The position numbers and the translations under genes are program-made. A stretch of 63,422 nucleotides of DNA, the filler included, from Vannella sp. (lineage: Eukaryota): assembly GCA_023345925.1 (NCBI GenBank). It is 7 parts of 7 records of this genome, joined end to end, with 100 filler letters (N's around TTAATTAATTAA, not from the genome) between each part and the next. Parts side by side here need not be neighbours in the genome. Positions count along the whole stretch, not along the records: positions 1 to 5,714 come from JAJQQN010000139.1; positions 5,815 to 14,332 come from JAJQQN010000924.1; 5 more parts are not named here. One strand, given 5' to 3'. How positions within the stretch are numbered: position 1 is the stretch's first letter; the number at the start of each line of letters is the position of its first letter. The notes under the pieces are model-generated. The model was not told where the DNA came from. It saw only the letters and a program-made list of their open reading frames with translations, and searched no databases. Shown here piece after piece: positions 1 to 10,997 of the stretch.

Positions 1-766
1 GTTGGATGGAAGGGCGGGAGGAAGGATTTGAGTGGAGCATGGACTGTAACAGTGTTTGACAGTCTCGCTCAAGATGGCGGGCATTGATTAAGTTGAGAGG
101 GAGGGGGAAAGTGGACCTCCTGCCTGACATGGACCAGGGAAAGTAGCCCGTCGCTAGAACATGCAAGATGACTCCCAAGCTGAAGATATCCGCTGCTGCC
201 ACGTCAAAGTCACCCCGTTCGAATCTCTCGGGACTGCAGTACTCTTTGGTACTCACGGAGGCCAGATATTGATCGTATTTCCTTGATAAAGCCGTCCATT
301 GGTGACCTCGACCAAAGTCACACAGTCGGAGGTTGCCCTGGCTGTCAACAAGGACATTCTCCGGCTTCAAGTCGAGATGTGCAATGTGTGAAAGGTGCAT
401 GAGCTCCACCAGATGGCACAGCTGGAGGAAAAGGGGGACAGCTTCGTCGGTGGTGAAGTAACCTTCCGGCTTAGCCTCGAGAAGGTGGAGCAAGTCGCTT
501 GTAGCTCTATCATAGACAATCGTTCCTACAAGAGGAGGGCCTGTGAAGACATCATGAACTGGTAGGGCAACTTGTAAGCGTTCCAAAGTGCGTGAGAAGA
601 ACACTTCGTTCTGGAAGACGTTGCTCCTTGTTGGGGTGTCAAGAGTGAAGATCTTTACTGCCACAGCGTGCCCTTGGAGGGTTCTTGCAGAGATAACACG
701 GCCATCAGCACCAACACCAAGGATTTCTGATCCCTCAAACGTGTAGTTACTGAGGGGAGCTTGCAT
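1..766 (-). CDS. Ser/Thr protein kinase, 3' partial (runs off the window start; absent from the ORF track)
   Basis: Manual translation from ATG at 766 gives ILGVGADGRV, VAVKIF, HLDLKPENVL, DFG, YCSPE and DIFSLGVILH; no stop before position 1. Confidence 0.9.
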   Translation of the reverse strand, partial: MQAPLSNYTFEGSEILGVGADGRVISARTLQGHAVAVKIFTLDTPTRSNVFQNEVFFSRTLERLQVALPVHDVFTGPPLVGTIVYDRATSDLLHLLEAKPEGYFTTDEAVPLFLQLCHLVELMHLSHIAHLDLKPENVLVDSQGNLRLCDFGRGHQWTALSRKYDQYLASVSTKEYCSPERFERGDFDVAAADIFSLGVILHVLATGYFPWSMSGRRSTFPLPLNLINARHLERDCQTLLQSMLHSNPSSRPSIQ

Positions 767-1101
767 AGAAGTTATGATGAACCAGGCGGGTGTCGCAGAC
801 TCTTATACTCAACCTGCATTACGAGTTCTCCTTCAGTTTCTTGGAGCGGAGACGTTCACCACCAGAAGCCCGAGTTTCCTTCATTTTGGCGCAAACATTG
901 CGTCCACTTCCGTCCGACAAAGGAAAATGAAAGCGACTAAAAATAAAATGAACAATCTCCTTTTATTATCGCACCAAATAAGGCGGCCTCTATAAATACA
1001 ACAGAGATTGTTCAGTTGGTCACATGACCTCTTTGCTACATCACTTGACAGTTTCCCTTGTTTTGGGACCTTTCCCACTCTGGTAGATGAGTAATCTGTC
1101 T

Positions 1102-1902
1102 TCAAGTGGTGGCGTTACCTTGTCTGGTGTAGAGGGAGTTGAAGTGAGTTCCTCCGATGTAAGAGAGCCAAAGGACGCGGGAGGATTTGAATTCACGAGG
1201 GGAGATTCGCACTAGAATGCCCTCAGGAAGACTTGTTATCATATTGATTTGAACTCCGTAGTAGTCTGCGGCCGCTTGGATGGTCACATTATCTCCCCAC
1301 TCGTTCTCTGACATAGCAGTGCAATAGACCTCAAAGTTATACGGGAGAAAGTGAGCATAACTTCCTCGGTGCGCGATAATCTGCTGGACAGCATTCCTTC
1401 TCACCACCCGACCTTCCTTCCAAGTGCCAAAGAGTTGGTCGGCGATGCTGCTAAACTGACAATTCCCATCACTGGGCATCTCCTTCTCCACCAATCCCAG
1501 CCTCTTTAGCCGCTGCTTCAGTCTCCGCCGGTGCTCTCTAACATCTAATGAGAAGATGAAGGCGTGGAGTAGAACGCACAGAAAGTTGGCTTGCTGAGGG
1601 GAGGAGAGGAGACGGTCGAGGACTGGGACTATACTCTGGCTGCCACGGCGGGATCGCTGGAGGATGGTCAGGAGGGAGAGAGGGGCAAGCATTTAGCTAA
1701 CCCTTTCCAGGACTGCCAAGGCTTCTGCTGCACCAAGAGGATCTTCGAAAATAGAAGGAAGGCGCGACTCTTGCGGGATCTCCGCGGTCGCTTGCGAAAT
1801 AGGTGACGCGGATACACCGTGTCCATTCTTGCCCTCATCAGTCTCCGACCAAGAAAGAGCAAGAGCTAGCTCCATTTGTTCCTGCTCTGACAGCGTCGCC
1901 AT
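1102..1902 (-). CDS. OTU-family deubiquitinase with N-terminal UIM-like motif
   Basis: OTU motifs DGNCQF (catalytic Cys), WGD and HFNS; N-terminal EQEQMELALALSWSE resembles a UIM; phase-0 GT-AG intron at 1657-1701 joins ORFs 1693-1908 and 1102-1692. Confidence 0.85.
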
Positions 1903-2303
1903 CAACAAAATGGATGAAAAAATGATTTTTAGAATTATTATTCTTCTAGAAAGTTCTCATTCAAGAGAGAAACTCTTAGAGCGAAGATAGGAGGTTCCAA
2001 AACTCGTGTTTGGGTAGAGTGTCCTGATGACCTCCATCTCTTCAGGATAAGCTTTTGGGCTGATTTCATTTTTTTGACTTTAGGTGCTTCAAACGAGGGG
2101 AAATGCCTCTCCGCTCGTGACTTTTCTCCGAGCTTTTTTACCCGTTCTGTGAAGAATTACGTTCGAGACCGACAGCGAATTGGAATATGAAAGCTGTAGA
2201 CTTCGCCTGCAACGAGTGCTTTGAGTTTGAGCAAGGGAGGAGTTGGTCTCGGTGCAATCTCTCAAGGGCATTTGTTTTGTTCAAATTTATTCCTTCCTTG
2301 GCA

Positions 2304-3992
2304 TCACATGCTCAAGGGGAGATCACTCGCACTATTGCGAGGGGAGGGAGGCATACCGAAAAAGCACGAATAACCGATAATGATTGTGGAAACAATCCTC
2401 TGCCATTCCATTGTCATGCAGAGAGGCTGGCCAGTGAGATTGGGAGCCAGAACAACTGCTAAGCTCGCTGACGTCATCTTGTTCTCCTTGTGCAACGAAG
2501 CAACCAGATTGAAAAGGCTAAAGAGGAGATCCAGTACGGTCCTGCGGATTCTCGTCAATCTGCGATTGAGAACAGATCTGATATGGAGCTCTAAGTCACG
2601 TTCGATTTCTTGCTTCTGTTCTCCACAGGTAACTATCGTGTTGGGTTCACGACCAGACTCGCAAGGGGGTGGATTCAATAAGGATTCAGCAATATTTACA
2701 GGGATTATCGGTTCTGGCAACTCGCGGAGGAACTGTTTAAGTAAGGAACAAACATCCTCCACTCTAACTTTGACTTGGTCACGTTCCAACAACATATCAG
2801 CGGCATCTTGGAGAGCCATTCCAGAGTTTAAGATAACAACGAGTTCCCTCGCACGATCTGTACTCCCAGACACACGGAAGAGGCCCTCTGAATGAAGATC
2901 TGTACTGATGTAGGCCAAGGCATCTTGCAGGAAATGGGGAACGCCATCTCGACTACAAAGTCTGCTTGGAATCTCCTCCAGTTTGGTCCCAAAGAGTCCC
3001 AGCTCAGTGCTCACTTGAACTTGAGTGTCTGAGATGCTTCTCCTTTGATTTTTAAGAGCAGGCAACACAGTCAGACGGAAGAAACTTCGTTCTCGTGCTC
3101 CTTTGAGATCTTCCTCTGGGATGACATCCTCAGAGACCAGAGCCCACTCTGCATTCTGTAAGATGTTTTGAAAGGCGAACTCCCCCTCCAAGGGGGCCTC
3201 CTTCTCTATCATGAGGCCCCAAAGGGAGGTTTCCTTCTCATAGCGGAGTAGAATCTTCCCTGGTGTCGTAAAGGTGCTCATATCCCCAGTCCTGTGATCA
3301 AGGGCAAGGTACTTTCCAGTTCCCGCAGCAAGGAACACGATGTGTGTCCCTCGGAGGACGAGATAGAAGGTTTCTCTTCGGGACACCCACCAATTGTCCA
3401 CAGAGAGCGTGCTATGCATCCAGCGAGTGCCAAAGTAGTAAGGACTCTGCTTCCTCTGATGTGAGATCGCCACTTTGATAGCCACATCAAGCAAACAGGC
3501 GTCATCGAAGGTCTCACTGGCTGCAAGAGAGCCGTCCGCCGACACAGTGAGCCACAGCTTGGTGCGGACGTGCTGCAAAGCAATGTTTCCATTGAGGATG
3601 GCTATGTAGAATACAGAGGGCCTTGTGGTGACTCGATCAACAGTCACCTTGCGCCCAAGTGGGTCCTCTTCGGGGAACTCCTCCAAAAGCACGTCGTAAG
3701 AGGGATCTCCGGAACTTGTGGGGCTCTTGGTCTTCACCATTCTCCAGTGGGTAGGACGTGTCGAAGACAGGCTCTGAATGTGGCACTGTCGATGCTCCCC
3801 TGGGATCATCTGGAGCATCCAACACTCCGTTGTCGTCTCCGCGACGTTTTGATCCAACTCGTACGCTGCTCGAACAAACCCGAACGCTAAGCTCTTACGG
3901 TACACTGGACAGAGAATCCTCTCTGTCACTGAAGACCGCAGAACAATCCACGGCACCGCTTTCAACCAGTTGTCGATGTCGCCCCGCTCCAT
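2304..3992 (-). CDS. RhoGAP protein with N-terminal fascin-like (beta-trefoil) region
   Basis: C-terminal RhoGAP motifs (LFGTKL, EGLFRVSG, SLLKQFLRELPEP, NKMTSASLAVVLAPNL); central IALQH..KLWLTV..DG and FLAAGTGKYLALD repeats resemble fascin modules. Confidence 0.8.
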   Translation of the reverse strand: MERGDIDNWLKAVPWIVLRSSVTERILCPVYRKSLAFGFVRAAYELDQNVAETTTECWMLQMIPGEHRQCHIQSLSSTRPTHWRMVKTKSPTSSGDPSYDVLLEEFPEEDPLGRKVTVDRVTTRPSVFYIAILNGNIALQHVRTKLWLTVSADGSLAASETFDDACLLDVAIKVAISHQRKQSPYYFGTRWMHSTLSVDNWWVSRRETFYLVLRGTHIVFLAAGTGKYLALDHRTGDMSTFTTPGKILLRYEKETSLWGLMIEKEAPLEGEFAFQNILQNAEWALVSEDVIPEEDLKGARERSFFRLTVLPALKNQRRSISDTQVQVSTELGLFGTKLEEIPSRLCSRDGVPHFLQDALAYISTDLHSEGLFRVSGSTDRARELVVILNSGMALQDAADMLLERDQVKVRVEDVCSLLKQFLRELPEPIIPVNIAESLLNPPPCESGREPNTIVTCGEQKQEIERDLELHIRSVLNRRLTRIRRTVLDLLFSLFNLVASLHKENKMTSASLAVVLAPNLTGQPLCMTMEWQRIVSTIIIGYSCFFGMPPSPRNSASDLPLSM

Positions 3993-4212
3993 TCTCGCGC
4001 CCAAAATAATATGAAACGACGGACACCACTCAGCTCCTCATTTTCCCACTTTCTGGCCCAAGCGAGTGAAAAAGTAAAAAAGTAAAATCATATAAAAATC
4101 ACTTTCTAACCACTCCCGGTCCAATTGGAGGCCCTTTTCAGGCCAGTCGGGCTCTCTCACAATAAGAGGATCTACGGGCCTACACCTGCGAGGAAGAAGA
4201 GGTACGTGGAGG

Positions 4213-4990
4213 TCATTCTTTTACAAATGTAGCATCTGTAGTGGCTGGGAGAGGACGCCAAGCACCAGAGGGGGTCGGAGGCAATTCTGGGAACTCGTCC
4301 ACGAATGTTTCGAGCTCCCAAAGGCCTTCCTTGCTCTTGACACGGTCAATGCAAAGGATGCCCTCTAAGTGATCGTACTCGTGCTGGAGGGCTCCCGCGA
4401 TGAAGCTGGGAAGGGTTAGAGGAAGGAATGAATCTCAACTTGTGAAGAGAGACTTACCCTGTCGCCTCTATACTTCGATAAGATGCGCTTTCATCCAAGA
4501 AGTCAACTCTGACCTTAGCGTAGCGCTCTACTTTGGCACTGTAGCCAAAAGTGTCAAAGGGGAAGAGAAACAGCCACAGATAGAGTTACTTACACCTGAT
4601 CCGCCGTACTGAGGCAGGATTCATACATGGTGACTGTTTGGTCCGTCAGAAAGGTGATAACAGGGTTGAAGAATGCGGTAAAGGGGAACACAGCAATGTC
4701 TTCTTGCAATTGCGGGATATCCAACAAGAACAACCGCTTGGACGCTCCTAACTGAGGCGCTGTCCCACCACAACCCCCACACAGATAAGAATCCAAGTTC
4801 TATTCCAACTCAGCGGGAAGCTGCGCTGCGTACCCGCTATCCCGATGCCTCCCAAGGTCTGCATCTCGCTGATCATGTCGCGCAAGAGCGCTTTGGTCTC
4901 CTCCGAGCAAAGTTCATCTATTGTAAACGCAGCAGCCTGAAGCCTCAAAGCAGGCGTCCCCAGAGGAACGATCTTCAACCCGCGCAGCAT
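4213..4990 (-). CDS. def: Peptide deformylase (3 introns)
   Basis: Spliced product has GIGIAAPQ (across intron 4760-4833), ESCLS and QHEYDHLEG, the three PDF motifs; stop TGA at 4213-4215. Confidence 0.9.
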
Positions 4991-5379
4991 CACGGGACCA
5001 AAACAACAATAATGACCCAACCACCCATTCAAAGTTTGTTTTCAGGGTAAAGCTCCAATTTCTCTTCTGCAACAATTTTCAATGATCCAAATCAAGGTGG
5101 AAGGAAAGAGGCGGGAGAGGAAGTTGGCGGTTAAAAAAGGGCGGGAAGGGAAGCCTGGGCCCTATTGCGAGGCTTCCCAGACCCTAAAGAAGCACGTCCC
5201 AGACCCTCACGTTCTAAGTCTCATTCAACTTCAACCGAAGCTGGGGAAAGAATTCAGATTCGCGTGAGTTCGCTCAAATCGCAGAGAAATCCGCGCAGTC
5301 TGTCCACGCTTCCAAGCTCAATCATCAAGTGGAACTGTTGACTGCTGTTGAAGCTGGTATACTGCTGCTCAACACTTAA

Positions 5380-5714
5380 AGTCAACTGCAGGAGAAGCTG
5401 GACACGGCTGATGGAGATAGAGAACGAGCAACCGAACGGCTAGCATCAGCAATCATAATAGAATCATCAGAAGCCATACTTTACCAACTCGCCGTCAAGG
5501 ACCTGCAGAAAGCTTCGAAAGAGGATGAGGCGAAGGACCAGGTCAACAAGATGAAGGAAGAGGCCAAGGAGGCGGAGAAGGAGGTCAAGGAGGCGGAGAA
5601 TAAGGTCAAGAAGGCAACGCAAAAGCTCACTGAAGCCAGGGGTAGGGTCTCGAGTGCACAGAAAGAGATTGGAAAGGAGCACTCTGAAAGCAACCAGCGC
5701 GAAACACATTCTAG
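5380..5714 (+). CDS. Coiled-coil protein fragment, truncated by contig end
   Basis: Open frame rich in K/E/A heptads (KEEAKEAEKEVKEAENKVKKA); start not defined. Confidence 0.35.
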
Positions 5715-5814
5715 NNNNNNNNNNNNNNNNNNNNNNNNNNNNNNNNNNNNNNNNNNNNTTAATTAATTAANNNNNNNNNNNNNNNNNNNNNNNNNNNNNN
5801 NNNNNNNNNNNNNN
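5715..5814. other. Artificial contig linker
   Basis: 44 N + TTAATTAATTAA (stops in all six frames) + 44 N. Confidence 0.98.
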
Positions 5815-6008
5815 GTGCCCTCCTGCTCCCGCTCTCTCACACAGAGTGCGCACTTAAGAAAGGGCATTCATTGTGACGCAGAGTCTCTGCTCCTTCCGCT
5901 CCCAGCCTCCAAGCCAACGTCACAGAACCACCAGCAAGCCAAGCTCAACCGCTCCTGAGAGCATCCAGTCTGGACCATAGGAGACGAGAACCATTCGTTG
6001 GCGAGGGA

Positions 6009-6816
6009 GTGGGAATGGCTTGCAGAAGCAAGGACTTCTCCTTGCAGCAGTACTGGGACACTCGCTTCGAGGGGGAGGAGCAGTTTGAATGGTTACAAGT
6101 GTGGGAAGCGTACGGCCCTTCACTCCTCGAGGTGCTCAAGAGAGCCATTACAAAGGAACGCGAACCGCGCGTTCTCGTGATCGGCTGTGGGAACAGCGAT
6201 TTGGGTGCGCAGCTGTACAAGGAGGGGTGGACAGACATCACCAACGTCGACTTCTCTGCAGGAGTCATCTCCAAGATGCAGGTAAAGTACCAGACGCTTT
6301 GCCCCTCCATGCAATGGCATGTGGGCGATTGCCGCTCGCTGGAGTATCCCCAAGGATGGTATGTTCATCCTACCCATACCTCCTATAGTGGGGCACTCCA
6401 CTGAAGCGTCCTTCCTCGTCAGGTTCGACGTTGTCATCGATAAGAGTACGATGGACGCTATAAGCTGCGGAGGAGACGATTTGGCGCTCCAAGCAGCCAA
6501 TGAGGTCCACCGTGTCCTCCGTGAGGGTGGTTTGTACACCATGATCAGCTACAGCCGCTTCCGCTTGGAGAGTTTCATCGCTGAAGAGCTCGTTGACCGA
6601 GACCGCGGTCTCGCTGAGGATGCTCAGTGGCTCTGCGCCACCTGTATTCCTCTATCAAACCCTGAAGACGACAATGGATCCATCTCTTGCCCTTCCAACC
6701 TCCACTACTTGTACGTTCTCCTCGCCAAAGGTCCCTCTCCTCGCATAAAGCCCGTTTCCTCTTGTCCTGGCCATGATCGAGACATCCAATGGAAGGAAGA
6801 GAGTGTTTGCAAGTGA
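6009..6816 (+). CDS. Class I SAM methyltransferase, EEF1AKMT4/METTL13 N-domain-like
   Basis: YWDTRF..FEW, VLVIGCGNS, NVDFS, FDVVIDKSTMDA, EVHRVL..GG; intron at 6359-6422. Confidence 0.85.
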
Positions 6817-6858
6817 ACAAGCTCCCAATCAGGTCACTTCCTCTCTTCCTGGTGGCGA

Positions 6859-9323
6859 ATGCAACAGGCGCGGTTGGGGCTCGTTGGTGCAAGATGCTGG
6901 GCTGGCCAGGCGCTGTGTAGACGCAACCTTGCGGTTCAAAAGTCGATCGATATGGCTTCTTTGCGTGAGGGGGCGATGAAGACGATCGAGAAGCTTCCAG
7001 AGGTGAGTTGTTGATCCTCTGGTCCTTCTTCTGCTCTGTTGCAGCTTACACCAGCCCTCAGTATCAGCAAGACAAGAGGTTTAGACAGCATCTAGAGGAG
7101 CACAGTCTCCCTGCTCCCACTGTTGCCCCTCGGAGGCTGCAGGACAGTTCCATCTCCGCCGAGGAGTACCGCACCGTCCTCAAGGCTGGATTAGCGACGC
7201 AGATCCTCCATACGCAGTCAGTCATTGCTTCTCGGCTATCACTCGGCTTCTACACCATCGGTCCTTGTGGGGAGGAGCTGTTAGGCGCCGTTGGAGCTCA
7301 CTTTGAGTTGGGCGACGCTGTAGCCCTCCACTACCGCCATGTTACCACATCCATTGTACGGCAGATGCAGGAGGGAAAGTCCCTTGAAGAGATCATCCTC
7401 GCCCGAGCCCGGGGCTACGCAGTAAGTGTCCACGACCCCGTAACGGGTGGGCGACATTGCGCCTTGGGAGGGAGCAAGAACGACTTCCTTGTGACCTCTA
7501 CGCTTGCTTCTCAAGCGCCTCCAGCAGTTGGAAGAGCTTTGGGTGGCTCTGTAAGCGTCCCCTTGCCTTTAACAACCTTCTCTCACCTGCCTCGGCATTT
7601 CCTCAGCTTGCCAACGTCCTGAAGGTCGATTCACCCTTTGGAAAGAAGTTTGTGAGCTACGTTAGTGTGGGAGATGGTTCAGTGAACAATGCGCACTTCC
7701 TAGCAGCCCTTAACCTGGCAGAGTACGCCACTCATCGGAACTTCTACTGTCCCACAGTGTTTGGTGTGTCTGATAACAACATCTCCATCTCTCTTAGCGT
7801 ATGCCTTTACTCTTTTCTCCCTCCAAAGCTCACCAGTGCACTTGCAGGGGTACGGATGGATGGACAAGTTCAAGAAGAAGCTTCAAATGCCCTTGTACGA
7901 GTGTGATGGACGCGATCTGATCGACGTTTATGAGACCTCAAAGCAGGCTATTGACTTTGCACGTCGCAATCGGGCTCCAGCAACGATCCTGTACTCAAAC
8001 CTGCCGCGTCGGTTCGGTCATGCCTTGACTGATCGACAAGTGGCGTATCTTACTCCCGAGCAGATTGAAGCAGTAGCTGAAGCCAATCCTCTTGCAGCTG
8101 CATGCGCTAACGCTGTTGAGGAAGGAGTTGTCACTTACGAGGAGCTCCAGCAATGGTACCTTCATTTGACTGAGGAGACAGAAAGAGCCTTCCAGAAGGC
8201 TGTGAACGAGCCAAAGATAGAGTCTCGTGAGTCTTTGGTACAATCTAACTCTCAGCCACTTGCTCCCATCCCCGCAGCAAGTCAGTGGAAAGCACCTCTC
8301 GACATGGACAAAGCCTCTGTCCCTCCAACAACTCCTGACTTGTCCCGCGGAGTCCTTCGCAAGCACATGACACAGGTCATTGATGAGAGTCTCGAATCTA
8401 ACCCTCAAATGGCCTATCTGGGCGAGGATGTGCAACATGGAGGGTACTATTTGGTCACCGAAGAGTTGCATGCCAAGTACCCCTCTCGCATCCGCGACTT
8501 TCCTCCCGATGAGACAACACTGGTTGGTGCAGGGATGGGTTTTGCTCAAGCGGGGCTCCTTCCAGTGGTGGAGATTCCCTATGCCAAGTATCTGGACTGC
8601 GGGGCGGACATGTTCCAAGAAGCTGTCATCACGAATTGGCTTTCCAACGGGAAAGCTCCTTTGGGAATGGTTATCCGGCTGCAGGGATTTGACAAGGGAG
8701 TGTTTGGAGGTAACTTCCACACGCACAATGTCATTCCCACGCCCTGTGGCTTGGATGTTGTCTGCTACTCGAACGGGGAAGACTATGCTCGTGGGTTCCG
8801 GCATGCTCTGTACCAAGCTAAGCACGGCCGCTTGGTAATGTCCGTGGATTCCACCAACTTGCTTTACCTTCGGGATGCTGTTGAGCGTGATGACAAATGG
8901 CGCCGCCCCTATCCCCCACCAGGAGAGATGTTAGGCTTCGACCAGATCATCCGATACGGTACTGGTACTGGGCTTGCTATAGTAGCGTACGGGAACGCTG
9001 TCCGTACTGCCCTGCATGCCAAACAGGAGCTCGAGAAGAGCGGAGCCTACCCAAAGGGCATTACTGTGATCGATTCCCCGTATCTTAGTGATGTTCCGGC
9101 TGAGCTGCACGATGCTGTGGGTGCTTATGATCAAGTTCTCTTTGCTGATGTGTGCAAAGAGCGCCAGGGTCCCTTGGCTCAGCTTGCTACGAGTCTTCAC
9201 GTTCAGCGACGTCTCTCTCGCTGGTCATATGTTGCCGCTGCACCTACTTACAACCCCCTTGGCACCACCCTGACCTTCTTGAGTACAGAAGACATCATCC
9301 AAGCCGCTCAAAGTATGCAATAA
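6859..9323 (+). CDS. 2-oxoacid (branched-chain-like) dehydrogenase E1, fused alpha+beta, with probable mitochondrial presequence
   Basis: TPP-binding GDGSVNN..NN motif in the alpha half; GEDV..GG, ETTLVGAGMG and PVVEIPY in the beta half; introns at 7003-7061, about 7550-7605 and about 7800-7847; Arg/Ala-rich N-terminus. Confidence 0.85.
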
Positions 9324-9668
9324 GTCACTCTTCGATCCACTATTCATAAACTATCCGTCTCCAAACTTCCGATCCTCTAACTGCCTCCTTTCGTCACCCG
9401 AATCCCCCAGATTCCTTCCAGCATCGCCAATCCCAAGAACCCGTCTCCCACGGCAGTACCACACCACGGTTGAGCTCCCCAAGTGGACTACGATCCTTCG
9501 CATTTCCGAATTCGGCTTTCCCACCCCACATGAGGTCATCCAACGGGCATTTCCTCGTCGCTCTCGCCTTTGGGGATGAAATGAGCAATGAATTGAAAAA
9601 GGAAAGGTGAAAAGGGCGGATTGGTGTGTTTGGGATCACTTTCTGGGTGTCCGGTTCCGTGTGTGGGC

Positions 9669-10926
9669 ATGTTCAAGAAGACGGCCATTGTGACGGTGGT
9701 GAAGGCGGGGGATGTGGCGAAGGTGAGGTGCCTGACAAGTGCTGAAGGAAGGAGAGCGCCGTCTTGGAAGGGACTGACAGAGTGGTTGGTAGATGGAGAA
9801 GCTTTCCAAGGGGAAGCACTTTGTCAAGGACTGTATGGGCGAGTTCGATAAAGCAGGGTAAGTCCGGTCCGGAGGCTTCCAATGAGGAGCTTTGAGACTA
9901 AGTCTGGAAAGGTACTCTGCCCTGACACAGGCTGCCCTACAAGGGGAGTGTCAGATCCTCGAAGTCATGCTCAAGTGTAAGGTGGATCCCAATGCCAAGG
10001 ACCAGCAAGACCGGACAGCTCTCTTCGTCGGTACGCTGTCGTGTGTCCCTCTCGTCCCCTGGTTTCTGATCGTTCCCAGCGGCCTTATGTGATCGAATAG
10101 AGGTGGCAAAGGTCCTCACACGATGTGATGACATCGACATCGACCTGATCTGCACAGACGGTCAAACTGCGACCGATGCCGCCACCTCCGTGGGTAGTAA
10201 GGAGTCCTTGAAGGTGTGCAGAGCGATCTGAGAGCTGTATATGAGGTACTCACTACGTATAAGCTTATTGGAGATGTCCTAGGCAAGCGACTAGTTGAGG
10301 CGGGGAAGAAAGGCGACCTTGATCTTGTTCGAGACTTGGTGAAGCGCCCGATGATCAACATAGATGCCTCTGACTTCACAGGCTGGACAGCTCTTCACTT
10401 TGCGGTACAGAACCGCCAGGAGGAGATGGTGGAGGTGCTAGCAGCAGCCGGAGCAGACGGTAACCGCAAGAACATGTCCGGCGTGTCTCCTCTCGAGTTA
10501 GCTCAGAGAGAGGGCAATCTAGCCATCATCCGGCTCTACGAGGAGACCGTAGACGGTCGTGGTCGTCTCCAACTGCAAGAACGAGACCGTGAGAAGGAGC
10601 CAGAGAAGAGGATCGGTGTCCTCCAAGAGGCCCCCGAAGAGGGTCTTGCGGGGGCTCAGTTCAAGCGCAAGAAGATCACTCAAGAGGAGCTGGTGGAGAT
10701 GGAGAAGAAGAAGATGGACAAGGCCAAGCGAGCCTTACCAGAGCACCTTAATCTCAGCCCCCGCAGTCGTGGCGAAGAGCCTTCTCCTGCCAAGCCATCT
10801 GGCAAGTCCCAGAACACTCACAAACGCAGCAAATCCTCTTCAAACAAAGCAGAGAGATGCGAGGAGTCTGAAGGCTCTCCGCACTATCAGGTCAAAGGAG
10901 ACTGGCGGCATGTGAAGGGTCTCTAG
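9669..10926 (+). CDS. Ankyrin-repeat protein (multi-exon)
   Basis: YSALTQAA..G, DPNAKDQQDRTAL, GWTALHFAVQN and GVSPLELA repeats; several GT-AG introns. Confidence 0.8.
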
Positions 10927-10997
10927 TCCTTTTTGTGGTCTCCTTTGCCGTCCAATAGTACCCTCCTTTGTTCAAATACAGTTATAATACACTCTCA

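Noticed and set aside
9430..9577. Possible RNase MRP/P-like RNA on the minus strand (GAGGAAATGCCCG...GAAAG loop...ACGGGTTC)
   Set aside because: Only about 150 nt, no room for P2/P3, and the conserved regions match poorly. An Infernal search with RNase MRP/P models would be needed to revive it.
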